From the IMG/VR virus record IMGVR_UViG_3300045988_136447, positions 2,554 to 66,553 of that record: a stretch of DNA of 64,000 nt. One strand, given 5' to 3'. Below the pieces are notes generated by a model. It saw nothing but the letters and a program-made list of their open reading frames with translations. It ran no database searches and was not told where the DNA came from. The stretch is from a virus. This document shows, one piece after another, positions 9,231 to 18,548 of this stretch. A program made the position numbers and the translations under genes. Each line of letters starts with the position of its first letter. Position 1 is the stretch's first letter.

Positions 9231-9567
9231 TTTAGATTATGGAAATGAAGATTCAGAATTTAACGATGAAGAATCAGCGGCTTCCAAGATACTAAGCAGG
9301 ATAAAGTCGTCTGTTCAAATGCCTTTACGTATGCCATATGGCAAAAAGATGAGAGCGTTTGAGGTATATTTTTCAAAGTTTGATGAAGATACCATAAATC
9401 GCTTTATCAGTAAGCTTTCCAGTTCTGTATGGGTTAAGAATTCTCGGTTCTCGTTGGAGATGGTTGTGCGCGACGATATGGTTAATACGATATTTTTGGG
9501 TACTGCTGATCCGACGGTGTGCAGATATTACAGTATCGAAACTCTTACACTGAAACCTTTAAAATGA
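9217..9567 (+). CDS. hypothetical protein (start uncertain, table ORF begins 9139)
   Basis: In-frame ATG 9217 overlaps the end of the small HTH gene; upstream part of the 9139 ORF overlaps another frame's gene. Confidence 0.35.
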   Translation: MRTLNLDYGNEDSEFNDEESAASKILSRIKSSVQMPLRMPYGKKMRAFEVYFSKFDEDTINRFISKLSSSVWVKNSRFSLEMVVRDDMVNTIFLGTADPTVCRYYSIETLTLKPLK

Positions 9568-10175
9568 AATGCAACATCTGTGGTTCTACTTTAAAGCAGT
9601 ATGTGCTTTTAGGGGTATCATCAGGTCAGCAGACTGAACTATGCCCGAAGTGCCAAGCTGCCTGTGTCGAAGAGGTACGCGCAGTAAACAAAGCTATGAT
9701 TTCTAAGCACTTAGAATCACAGCACGTTCCAATCAGATATCATGAAGCCAGATTACAGAAAGAACATCTCGCTTTCCCAAGCGGGAGGGAAGTGCAGAAT
9801 GGGGAGAAGGGTTTATATATTTTTGGCGATTCAGGTGTAGGCAAGACTTGGCTCCTTGTAGCTTGGATGAAGTATTATCTCAGTAAGGGGGCAGCGTGTA
9901 CTTATGTTGACTGGTCTGATTTTATGGTTGACTTGAGAATGGATATTAAAACATACCAGTCAAAGAAAGCGCACATACTAAGATCAGACTGTGTATTTAT
10001 AGATGACTTTGATAGTTCCAATCCGTACATGTACGATGTCGTGTACAATCTAATTAACAGTTTGTACAGTTGTGGGAAAGTGCTGTTTCTCACAAGCATC
10101 GATCTTCCGACACAGCCTAAAATTGCAATGAGACTTGGTGAGATTACATCTCAACTGCACGTCATAAGACAGTGA
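9564..10175 (+). CDS. DnaC/IstB-like AAA+ ATPase with N-terminal zinc ribbon (putative helicase loader)
   Basis: CNICGS...CPKCQ; Walker A GDSGVGKT; Walker B VFIDDFD. Confidence 0.55.
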   Translation: MKCNICGSTLKQYVLLGVSSGQQTELCPKCQAACVEEVRAVNKAMISKHLESQHVPIRYHEARLQKEHLAFPSGREVQNGEKGLYIFGDSGVGKTWLLVAWMKYYLSKGAACTYVDWSDFMVDLRMDIKTYQSKKAHILRSDCVFIDDFDSSNPYMYDVVYNLINSLYSCGKVLFLTSIDLPTQPKIAMRLGEITSQLHVIRQ

Positions 10176-10185
10176 GTATACTTAT

Positions 10186-11751
10186 ATGGAACTTGAAGAC
10201 GTATCGAATGAGTTTGAGAATAGAATCTGTTATCTATTAGCAACTTCTGATGCTTATATTGACGAAATATCGTGTGTGTATCAGAGGGGATTGTTATCGG
10301 GTAAATACTATTCTTTGTTTGCAAAGTTGTGTCTTGCTTACTATAAAAAGTTCAAGCAAGCCCCTAAAGACAAGTTAAATCGCTTTTTAGACAACGCTTC
10401 CGTGTTGAATAAGTTGTCGGCCGATGACAGGGCCGAATTAAAACTTATTGTAAAATCGTTTGCAAATGAAAAAGAGTGTACGGATATTGACTTTGAAATA
10501 TCCGAAACATTTAACTACTTTCAAGCAACGGCCATTAACCTTGTAAGTAAGGAAGCGCAGGAACTTACAAACGAGGGAAGAATAGAAGAAGCTAAGTCTC
10601 TTCTTGCCAAGTGCGAATCATTTGATCGGGGGAAGGTATCCGGAACCGACGTTTACGCTCTGTCTGATTCAGATATCGAATCTACGGTAAATGAAACGTA
10701 TGAGCAAATAATTACGCTTCCGGGAGCGCTCGGTAAAGTTATGAATAATACGCTGGTGCGTGGAGGATTCATAACATTTGTAGGGAGAATGAAGTCAGGA
10801 AAAACCTATAACATCATGGAGCTGTGCCGATATGCAAGAAATCAGGGTAAGCGTGTGATTCTGTTTTCGGCAGGGGACATGACACAGAATCAGATGATTA
10901 TGCGGGTGTGGCAAGCAGACGCGCGCACGACTTCAAATAAGTATTATCAAGACATGCAGCGTATTCCCTATCTTGACTGCAAAAGAAACCAAATTGGGAT
11001 GTGCATGAACCGGGAAGGTTCCGGAAATCTGCTCAATGACTTTAAGGAAGTTGACCCGTACATTAAAGATGACAATAAGGAGTATAAGCCGTGTACGAAA
11101 TGTGCAAATTCAAGCCAAGATAAAGAATCATACGATTTTGCAATTACGTATAGGAAAGTGCGACGCCCCATTCTCGACAGCGGCATGGTGCAGCGGCTGA
11201 GGGATAAATGGATAGCGTCAGGAAACAAAGGTGTTTTGCATATCGAACACGCCCCGTCAGGAACCCTTACCGTAGCAAAGAGAAGGGCTATCATCAGGAG
11301 CGTGTGCAAGAAATATGGATGGGATCACCCTGACGTAATCGCATATGACTACGCCGGTATTCTTGCGCAGGAGAAGGGGGATGAGCGTGAAAGCACACAT
11401 TACATATGGCAAACTATGCGGGCAGAGGCAGACCCCGAGATGTTCGACTGTCTCGTCATAACTGCAATGCAGTCAAACAGCACATCATTTAATTTTGAGG
11501 ATTTAACGATTCGGTCGTTCTCCTTGGATAAACGATGCTTTGACGAGGTATCGGCAGCTTTTGCAATAAACTGCACTCCGGAAGAGCGGAAAAACGGAAT
11601 TACGAGAATTGCAGCCCTCCTAAAGCGCGAGCATCCGTTTGACGAATCCATGCAAGCCGAGTGTTACGGCTGCCTCGCACTTGGTACTCCTTGGATATGC
11701 TCGAGGATCGTTTTTAGGGAGCCGCCCAAGCCTTTGCAGTTTAGCAAATAA
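10186..11751 (+). CDS. DnaB-family replicative helicase
   Basis: Walker A GRMKSGKT; FSAGDMTQNQMIMRV matches DnaB FSLEMS...RL; YDYAGIL like H2 motif. Confidence 0.7.
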   Translation: MELEDVSNEFENRICYLLATSDAYIDEISCVYQRGLLSGKYYSLFAKLCLAYYKKFKQAPKDKLNRFLDNASVLNKLSADDRAELKLIVKSFANEKECTDIDFEISETFNYFQATAINLVSKEAQELTNEGRIEEAKSLLAKCESFDRGKVSGTDVYALSDSDIESTVNETYEQIITLPGALGKVMNNTLVRGGFITFVGRMKSGKTYNIMELCRYARNQGKRVILFSAGDMTQNQMIMRVWQADARTTSNKYYQDMQRIPYLDCKRNQIGMCMNREGSGNLLNDFKEVDPYIKDDNKEYKPCTKCANSSQDKESYDFAITYRKVRRPILDSGMVQRLRDKWIASGNKGVLHIEHAPSGTLTVAKRRAIIRSVCKKYGWDHPDVIAYDYAGILAQEKGDERESTHYIWQTMRAEADPEMFDCLVITAMQSNSTSFNFEDLTIRSFSLDKRCFDEVSAAFAINCTPEERKNGITRIAALLKREHPFDESMQAECYGCLALGTPWICSRIVFREPPKPLQFSK

Positions 11752-11775
11752 TTTTAACTTTTTAACTTTTAACTA

Positions 11776-11803
11776 TTGCATTTGAAAATTCATGTGCTAT
11801 TTT
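11776..11803 (+). promoter_or_regulatory. sigma70-like promoter (TTGCAT-16-TATTTT)
   Basis: Intergenic, preceded by TTTTAAC x3 A/T tract. Confidence 0.4.
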
Positions 11804-11841
11804 AAGTGGTAAACCCAACTAACCAACAGGAGAAAACAGTA

Positions 11842-12567
11842 ATGGCGAGTAACGAGCAACTGGTGGCGCTTAAGCGTTCTTTGAACAGCTTCAAGGGAAA
11901 CTATACAAGAGCGCTCAAAAAGGCCGCAAACGCGAAGGAAATGGACAAGGTACGTGATACCTATCGCCCGAAAATTGAAGAGCTCGAAAAGAAAATTCAG
12001 GCGCTCGACCCGAGCAGGAAAAGGGTAAAGACGGCCTTTACACTGAAAGGCATGTCGCGTAAAGATAAAGTTATTGCCGTATTTAAGGCGATCGCTAAGG
12101 AGTTCAATCTCGAAGACGGTGAGATCGACGGTGTTGTAACGAAAGATGAAGATTTCATTGTCGCTACAATTAAAGGCACTTACGATCAGATTCTCGAAAC
12201 TGATTTCATCAATATCGAACCGGAACTTCGTAAGTTCATGGTTGAAGAGCTTGATTTTGTACCGTTCGATCAGCGAAAGCTTGCCGAAGAATCAGCAAGC
12301 AAGCGCCTTGCCAATGCGACGTATGAAGACTGCATTGCCGCTACTCTGTTTACGGAATTTGACGGCAAAGTGGACGCTTCCGAGTGGAGAGCCAAAGCAT
12401 GTTCAATGTATAAGGGTATCCATAAGTGCGTCCCCAACCGCATTACGCGCACGTTTGACGCTATGGTGAAGCTGTTCACCCATCCGAATGTCCGTATCCT
12501 TATCAAGTGCGAAGATCATCCGGGTGACGAGGTTTACAACATCAATTTGAAAGCGAAGATTAACTGA
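11842..12567 (+). CDS. hypothetical protein
   Basis: ATG 11842 with AGGAG RBS (table ORF uses upstream GTG 11806). Confidence 0.45.
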   Translation: MASNEQLVALKRSLNSFKGNYTRALKKAANAKEMDKVRDTYRPKIEELEKKIQALDPSRKRVKTAFTLKGMSRKDKVIAVFKAIAKEFNLEDGEIDGVVTKDEDFIVATIKGTYDQILETDFINIEPELRKFMVEELDFVPFDQRKLAEESASKRLANATYEDCIAATLFTEFDGKVDASEWRAKACSMYKGIHKCVPNRITRTFDAMVKLFTHPNVRILIKCEDHPGDEVYNINLKAKIN

Positions 12568-13598
12568 TGGCTACGACACTTAACAGAAAAACGTTTTACG
12601 AGGCCATTCAATGCCTCAAAGACAACGTTACGCCTTCTGAACTTGCGGAGGCGTCCACTTATGCGGTGTTCTGCAATAATCGTATTTGTTGCAGTAATGA
12701 TTCCGTAGGCGTTAGCGTTCCTTTGGTTACGGACGTCAAGAACTGTGCGGTAGAACTGCAACTACTGTACGACTTCATTCGTAAAATGAATGATAAGGAA
12801 GTCATTATCGGCATGCAAAATGGGAATCTCAAGATCAAAGGCAAGAATTCCGTAGCCGAGTTTGCGGTGCGTGAAGATATCATTTATGATGAATCTCTTA
12901 TCCATCTGAACGTGAATGACTTCAAGCGTCTCCCCGAGACGTTTGCGACTGCCTTGAACTTTACAGGATTCGCAACTGATGGCACGAAAGAAGCATACAG
13001 CCGCTGCGTAATTCATGACGGAGCAATGTACGCCTTGTCCAATGTACGGGCGGCAAGATTCTTTATGGGAGAAGAAGCGAAAAGTCTATTTGACGGAATG
13101 ACATTCATTTCTCCTGAGTGTATCGGTTTTGTAAACAAAATGTGTCCGAAGAGGTATTATATCTCTGACGGCTATGTGCATCTCTATGACGACGAAATGC
13201 GCATTTACAGCACGAGAACACGTTCAGACGCAAACTTCCCGATCAACGGTGCGGATGAAGCCCTTGAACTGCCTTCGTCATCGGAATTCCGTTTTCCTCC
13301 TGATTTCGATCAGGTGCTTGACAGGTGCAATCCTTTCAGCGGGAGGGATGCCAAAGTCAAGAGGGTGACGATCGACATTGAAAAGGGAGTTCTTACCATC
13401 CTTGCTAGGCGGGAGGATGGGAGTACGTTCCGTGAGCGGGTTGCGAATGTGCAATGCAAAGAGCACGTAAGATTCACCGTTCTGTTGAAACTGCTTTCCG
13501 ACATGGTTAAGCTTGTCGAGGTGTTCAGGGTTGATTCAAGCAGGATTGTCGGCACAGCGCCGATGTATACCTGTATGGCTTGTTTGTTTGAGGAATAA
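12567..13598 (+). CDS. hypothetical protein; candidate sliding clamp by size and context (speculative)
   Basis: 343 aa, between helicase and polymerase, in a genome that encodes a clamp loader; no motif evidence. Confidence 0.4.
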   Translation: MATTLNRKTFYEAIQCLKDNVTPSELAEASTYAVFCNNRICCSNDSVGVSVPLVTDVKNCAVELQLLYDFIRKMNDKEVIIGMQNGNLKIKGKNSVAEFAVREDIIYDESLIHLNVNDFKRLPETFATALNFTGFATDGTKEAYSRCVIHDGAMYALSNVRAARFFMGEEAKSLFDGMTFISPECIGFVNKMCPKRYYISDGYVHLYDDEMRIYSTRTRSDANFPINGADEALELPSSSEFRFPPDFDQVLDRCNPFSGRDAKVKRVTIDIEKGVLTILARREDGSTFRERVANVQCKEHVRFTVLLKLLSDMVKLVEVFRVDSSRIVGTAPMYTCMACLFEE

Positions 13599-13600
13599 AA

Positions 13601-14815
13601 ATGCTCGACCTTCCGCACATTGTACCGGAGTATGAAAACTCTAATTGCTCTGCTTGCAGACTAGATTGTGGTTCACGGCTGCAATTGGCAGGACATGGCC
13701 ATAAGAAAATTCTGATTGTGTTCGATGCCCAAGACGCAATTCAGCAGACTACAAAAACGTACTTTTGCGGAAGTCGTTACACTTACGTTCGTGATCTGCT
13801 GTACAAGTACGGCATTACGACGGATGACATATGGATGACTTCCACCATTCAGTGTTATTCCGAGTACAAAGAAGAGCAACATGCCATTCACTGCAAGCCA
13901 AACCTCATCAAGACAATAAAGAGGCTTAAGCCGGTACTCGTGATCGGTTTTGGTGAATTTACAGCTAAGATGCTGCTGTCTTACATCATTGAAGACGGTA
14001 TTTTCCTTGACCGAGTTCACGGTTGGGTGCATCCTAATCGTGAACTGGGCTGTAACATGATGTTTACGTACACTCCCCATCCGGGTTCGGCAAAGTATAA
14101 GACGATCGAGGAGTTCATTATCGAGCGCGACGTACATATGGCTATTAAAAGCCTTGCCAAGCCGCCTGACACGTACACGCCGGAAAACAAGTGTGTACGC
14201 CTGCTTGAACCTAAAGAGGCCGCCATGTGGCTGCGAGACCGCATAAATGACAAAACAGAACGGTTTTCCGCTCTTGACTACGAGACTAACTGTCTGAAAC
14301 CGTATAATCCCGCTGCCAAATTGTACAGTTGTGCGGTATGCGAAGATCGCGATAACTCATATGCGTTTAAGATAGATGATACAACGTATTCTCTTATGCG
14401 TGAGTATTGGGCCACAAAGCATATCAGGAAGATAGCACACAACAGTGCGTTTGAACGCATGTGGACTATGGTTAAATTGAAAGTAATGCCAAGAAGACTG
14501 ATCGCTGATACCATGTTGCTAGCTCATGTTCTTGACAACAGAGACGTAAAGTGGCTGTCGATTAAGTTTATCGGCCCTATGCTTACCGGATGCTCCGTAT
14601 GGAATGGCCATATCGAATCTTACTTAGAGCCGAGTAAGCAGGATAAGAAGCTGTACGGAGAATATGCCTTGAACAGGGTTGCATCAATACCGATCAGGCA
14701 GCTTCTTACATACAACGCAATCGATAGTCTTGTAGAGTTTCGTACATTTTTCAAACTGTATGAAATGCTTAAAAATTTTTACGGTACTTTCCCGATTGAA
14801 AGCGAGAGCGAATAA
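13601..14815 (+). CDS. family A DNA polymerase, N-terminal 3'-5' exonuclease part (separate ORF)
   Basis: Exo motifs LDYETNCL and AHNSAFE; stop TAA overlaps the ATG of the next ORF (TAATG). Confidence 0.7.
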   Translation: MLDLPHIVPEYENSNCSACRLDCGSRLQLAGHGHKKILIVFDAQDAIQQTTKTYFCGSRYTYVRDLLYKYGITTDDIWMTSTIQCYSEYKEEQHAIHCKPNLIKTIKRLKPVLVIGFGEFTAKMLLSYIIEDGIFLDRVHGWVHPNRELGCNMMFTYTPHPGSAKYKTIEEFIIERDVHMAIKSLAKPPDTYTPENKCVRLLEPKEAAMWLRDRINDKTERFSALDYETNCLKPYNPAAKLYSCAVCEDRDNSYAFKIDDTTYSLMREYWATKHIRKIAHNSAFERMWTMVKLKVMPRRLIADTMLLAHVLDNRDVKWLSIKFIGPMLTGCSVWNGHIESYLEPSKQDKKLYGEYALNRVASIPIRQLLTYNAIDSLVEFRTFFKLYEMLKNFYGTFPIESESE

Positions 14816-16188
14816 TGATTACGCCAACTACAATGGATGCCTTTAAACTTGTGATGATGGGGGAAGAGGCACTTACTCAGGTATCCGTCAATGGATTTAA
14901 AATTGACAGGGACTACTACGAGAGACAGAAGCCCGTTATCCAAGAAGAAATCAAGCGTTTACGCACTCAGATACTCACTCAGTCGGAGATCGGAAGATGC
15001 TGGCATGAGAGGTATGGGGCTAAGACTAACATCGATTCCAACGATCAGTTGAAAGCCGTACTTGAACACGATATCCATTTCGATAAATTCAAAATCACGG
15101 ACAAGGGCGGTAAGTCGGCAGATGCTTCCGTCATCGAAAAGCTGCCCTATGAGTTCAGTAATCCATTCAGCCGATATAAGCAGTTCGGCAAAATGTGGGG
15201 AAGCCTTATCACTCCCATCATGCTTGGTGCAGACATAAATGGGTTTGTGCACCCAAATATCAATCTTCACACCGTGAGAACTTACCGATCGTCATGCGAT
15301 TCCCCTAACTTGCAGCAGGTTCCGAAGCATAACAAGTTGATTAAAGAAATCGTAAGAAACGGGTTCATACCTAGAAGTCCCAAGAGGATGCTTGCTGAAA
15401 TCGACTTGCAGTCTGCTGAGGTTAGTGTTGGCTGCTGTCTGCACCGTGATAAGCAGATGTTGCAATTCCTGCACGACAAGACGATCGACATGCATACATT
15501 CGTTGAGAAAGAGTTTTATAAGCTCAATGATGATGAATTGTGTAAGGAGTTGCGATCTTCCGTAAAGGGAAGATTTGTGTTTGCTTCATTTTACGGAGCA
15601 GGTGCATCATCGATGGCCGCCTCGCTGTGGGAGTATATAGAAGAATCGAATTTCACACTTCCGACAGGCGAAAAGCTGAAAGACCATATGGCCAAGTTAG
15701 GCGTAGTCGACTATGACACCTGTCTCCAGCATACGGAAAGGGTATTCGATTGGTATTGGAATACTCTCTTCAAGGAGTACGGTGCATGGAAAGAAGCCAT
15801 ATGGGATTTGTACAAAAAACAGGGATACTTAGACTACCCAACCGGATTCCGTGTGGTTGCCGCGATGACAAAGACACAGGCTATGAATACGATTATTCAG
15901 GGGTCTACGTTTCACCTGCTTCTACTGACGCTTATTGAGTTGCAGAAGCGAATGACTTACTATAAGTTAGAATCAAAAATAGTATGTCAGATTCATGACA
16001 GTATCGTTTTGGATTTACTCCCTTCGGAGCAACAGACTGTTTTTGATCTGTATCTTGACAGCCAGGCAGCAGTACGCAAGCGTTGGCCGTGGCTTCTGTA
16101 TCCGATTACCGCAGATGCGGATATCAGCGAAGTAGGCGGTACATGGGCTCACATGACAAGTTATGGAGAAATTACGCATGCAAGCTGA
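14815..16188 (+). CDS. family A DNA polymerase, polymerase (palm/fingers) part
   Basis: Motif A EIDLQSAEVSV, motif B RSSVKGRFVFASFYGAG, motif C QIHDSIVLD. Confidence 0.8.
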   Translation: MITPTTMDAFKLVMMGEEALTQVSVNGFKIDRDYYERQKPVIQEEIKRLRTQILTQSEIGRCWHERYGAKTNIDSNDQLKAVLEHDIHFDKFKITDKGGKSADASVIEKLPYEFSNPFSRYKQFGKMWGSLITPIMLGADINGFVHPNINLHTVRTYRSSCDSPNLQQVPKHNKLIKEIVRNGFIPRSPKRMLAEIDLQSAEVSVGCCLHRDKQMLQFLHDKTIDMHTFVEKEFYKLNDDELCKELRSSVKGRFVFASFYGAGASSMAASLWEYIEESNFTLPTGEKLKDHMAKLGVVDYDTCLQHTERVFDWYWNTLFKEYGAWKEAIWDLYKKQGYLDYPTGFRVVAAMTKTQAMNTIIQGSTFHLLLLTLIELQKRMTYYKLESKIVCQIHDSIVLDLLPSEQQTVFDLYLDSQAAVRKRWPWLLYPITADADISEVGGTWAHMTSYGEITHAS

Positions 16189-17056
16189 TAACTTTGTACA
16201 CTCACCGATGACATATACAGGGTCTAAGGATAAACTGTTATCCTTTTTACTTCCCTTATTCCCTGATAATATATGTACGCTGTATGATATGTTTTGTGGT
16301 GGACTAGCCATCACACTCAATACAAAAGCGGAAAAATATGTTGCAAATGATATATGCAGGCAGCTGATCTGTATGTATAACCACATGCGCATTGCCCGGA
16401 CTTCACTGTTTACACATAGTGTAGATGAGGTTATTTCTAGGTATGCCATTGATACTTTAAGTGTGGAATCATACAATAAACTAAGAGATGATTACAACTT
16501 TATAGTGGCAACGCGGAGAGAGACTGAGTTTGACAGCGCCGTTATGTTATTTGTGTTAATTGCATATGCATATAACAGCGTTGTACGGTTCAATTCTGAT
16601 GGGGAATTTAACACCCCTGCTGGTAAACAGAATAACAATCTAAACCCAAAACGTCGTGAGGCACTAAAAGAGTTTATTAACACTATTGTAAATAAGTATG
16701 TACTGTTTACGGCTATGCCTTTCAATGAAGCTATGCCGCAAATAGAACACATGGATAAGAACGATTTTGTATACTGCGACCCACCGTACATGCTTACGTC
16801 TGCGGAGTACAATAAATTGTGGAGTTACAGTAATGAGTACCTGTTATACTCTACGCTTGACAAACTTAATGCCACAGGAGTGCGGTTCGGGTTATCAAAC
16901 GTAGTCCGGTACAAAGGGAAGTTTAATCATGTGTTAGCTGACTGGATGAGTAAATACACAGTACATTTTATAAACAAGGACGCTTATGCTGGAAGTTACC
17001 GTGTGAAAAGAAAAGAAGATGACATTACACAAGAAGTGTTTGTTTGCAACTACTAA
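16178..17056 (+). CDS. Dam-like N6-adenine DNA methyltransferase
   Basis: DPPY motif (VYCDPPYMLTS); N-terminal SAM region YDMFCGGLA; GGAG RBS before ATG 16178. Confidence 0.7.
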   Translation: MQADNFVHSPMTYTGSKDKLLSFLLPLFPDNICTLYDMFCGGLAITLNTKAEKYVANDICRQLICMYNHMRIARTSLFTHSVDEVISRYAIDTLSVESYNKLRDDYNFIVATRRETEFDSAVMLFVLIAYAYNSVVRFNSDGEFNTPAGKQNNNLNPKRREALKEFINTIVNKYVLFTAMPFNEAMPQIEHMDKNDFVYCDPPYMLTSAEYNKLWSYSNEYLLYSTLDKLNATGVRFGLSNVVRYKGKFNHVLADWMSKYTVHFINKDAYAGSYRVKRKEDDITQEVFVCNY

Positions 17057-17076
17057 ACCAACTGAAAGGGAATAAT

Positions 17077-18027
17077 ATGTCACTGTATTTGAAGTATCGC
17101 CCGAAAACGTTTGATGAGATTGTCGGGCAGCCGGACGCCGTAAAGCTCATGAAGGCGATTGTTGCTCAGAATCCCGAAGACCGCCCGAAAGTATTTCTCT
17201 TTGGCGGGGCTTCCGGCTGCGGCAAGACTACCCTCGCTACTGTATTTGCGAGGGCGATTGGGTGTGATCCTAACCACTCAAACTTTACGGTTATGGATGC
17301 GTCAAAAGACCGCAGCATTGACAGGATCAGAGAACTGTGTGACATGATGGGTACGCGGCCGATCGGCAAAGAAGCGCAGGCGCGTATCTTCCTCCTTGAC
17401 GAGTGTCATCAATTATTGAAGCCCGCGCAAGAAGCACTTCTTAAGAAATGTGAGGATACCCCTCCGCAGACGATTATCATTTTTGCGACTACGGAACCTG
17501 ACGCTTTGGGCAAGGCTCTGAGGAGCAGGTGTAAGATCATTACGATCAATCCGATGTCAAACAAGTCTATTTACGATAATCTTAACCGGGTTATCAAAGC
17601 GGAGGGTATCAAAATTGATGACAAAGACGTTATTAAGATCGCAAGAGCTTCTGACGGGAATACGCGTGTGTCATTACAAATTCTTGAAAACTACATGCTT
17701 AATGGCATGAATGCTGACAATGCAATTTCGATGTGCGGAGGCATGGGTGAGGAGCTGAAAGTTGATACGATCGAAATCTGCCGGATCATTGTCGGCAAGA
17801 AGCAGAATGAATGGGAAAAAGTAGCCGCTTTTTGCGCAAAGTACAAAGGGCAGGGAGAATCTGCCCGTCAAGCTATTTTAGGTTATTTGCGCTCTTGTAT
17901 TTTGAAAAGCACAACCATGAAAGATCGGATGCGATTTGCTACGCTGATCGAAGTGTTTTCTGTCCCGCACTATGACTGCTCAGACGCTGCACTTCCTATG
18001 CAGATTGCGTTTGCTCTTGAAGTGTGA
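17077..18027 (+). CDS. clamp loader ATPase (DNA pol III gamma/tau-like or RFC-like)
   Basis: KYRPKTFDEIVGQ N-terminal box; Walker A GGASGCGKTT; Walker B LLDECHQL; SRC motif LRSRCKI. Confidence 0.75.
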   Translation: MSLYLKYRPKTFDEIVGQPDAVKLMKAIVAQNPEDRPKVFLFGGASGCGKTTLATVFARAIGCDPNHSNFTVMDASKDRSIDRIRELCDMMGTRPIGKEAQARIFLLDECHQLLKPAQEALLKKCEDTPPQTIIIFATTEPDALGKALRSRCKIITINPMSNKSIYDNLNRVIKAEGIKIDDKDVIKIARASDGNTRVSLQILENYMLNGMNADNAISMCGGMGEELKVDTIEICRIIVGKKQNEWEKVAAFCAKYKGQGESARQAILGYLRSCILKSTTMKDRMRFATLIEVFSVPHYDCSDAALPMQIAFALEV

Positions 18028-18028
18028 T

Positions 18029-18355
18029 ATGGGTACAAGTACGTCATCGCTTGAAGTTGCCGATGTAGTCGGCAACCTCATTGCACAGATTATTTATGAC
18101 GCGATATACAATTCACATTCGGATATCGATGATATAAAGAAGTCTGTGAATGCTTTGTTGCAACTCAATCAGGAGGTATTGGAATCGCTGTACCATGTCA
18201 AAGAAAACAGATATAAGCGCACTTTACATGTCTGTAAAAGAGTTGAACATTTTATTGCGGGAGCATCGTATAAACCTTGTTGTAGATTTTATACACGAAA
18301 CTGCTTGCGACGTTTTAGACGACTTGGGCGTGCTGAAACGGATAAACGAGTATGA
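18029..18355 (+). CDS. hypothetical protein
   Basis: ATG immediately after clamp loader stop; overlaps the 18150..18548 ORF, so one of the two is likely wrong. Confidence 0.3.
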   Translation: MGTSTSSLEVADVVGNLIAQIIYDAIYNSHSDIDDIKKSVNALLQLNQEVLESLYHVKENRYKRTLHVCKRVEHFIAGASYKPCCRFYTRNCLRRFRRLGRAETDKRV

Positions 18356-18548
18356 CTATAACGTGTGTAAGAAATTCAGTTATGCTAAATGGCATACGAC
18401 TGTAAAAAACAACACGGCACATTACTTGCCCATGCTGCCACATCATCTGTATGCTATGTTTTTAGTGTGTAGAAAAATGACCATCGAAGATAAAATTATA
18501 GTTATCGAAAATTTTGAACAGACAAGGATATGGAAAAATGTCTATTGA
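18150..18548 (+). CDS. hypothetical protein (start uncertain)
   Basis: 132-aa ORF; possible later start at 18195. Confidence 0.3.
   Translation: MLCCNSIRRYWNRCTMSKKTDISALYMSVKELNILLREHRINLVVDFIHETACDVLDDLGVLKRINEYDYNVCKKFSYAKWHTTVKNNTAHYLPMLPHHLYAMFLVCRKMTIEDKIIVIENFEQTRIWKNVY

Noticed and set aside
17972-18027. 5' extension of ORF 17972..18355 into the clamp loader gene
   Set aside because: It overlaps the 3' end of the clamp loader. The start was trimmed to the ATG at 18029, immediately after the clamp loader stop.
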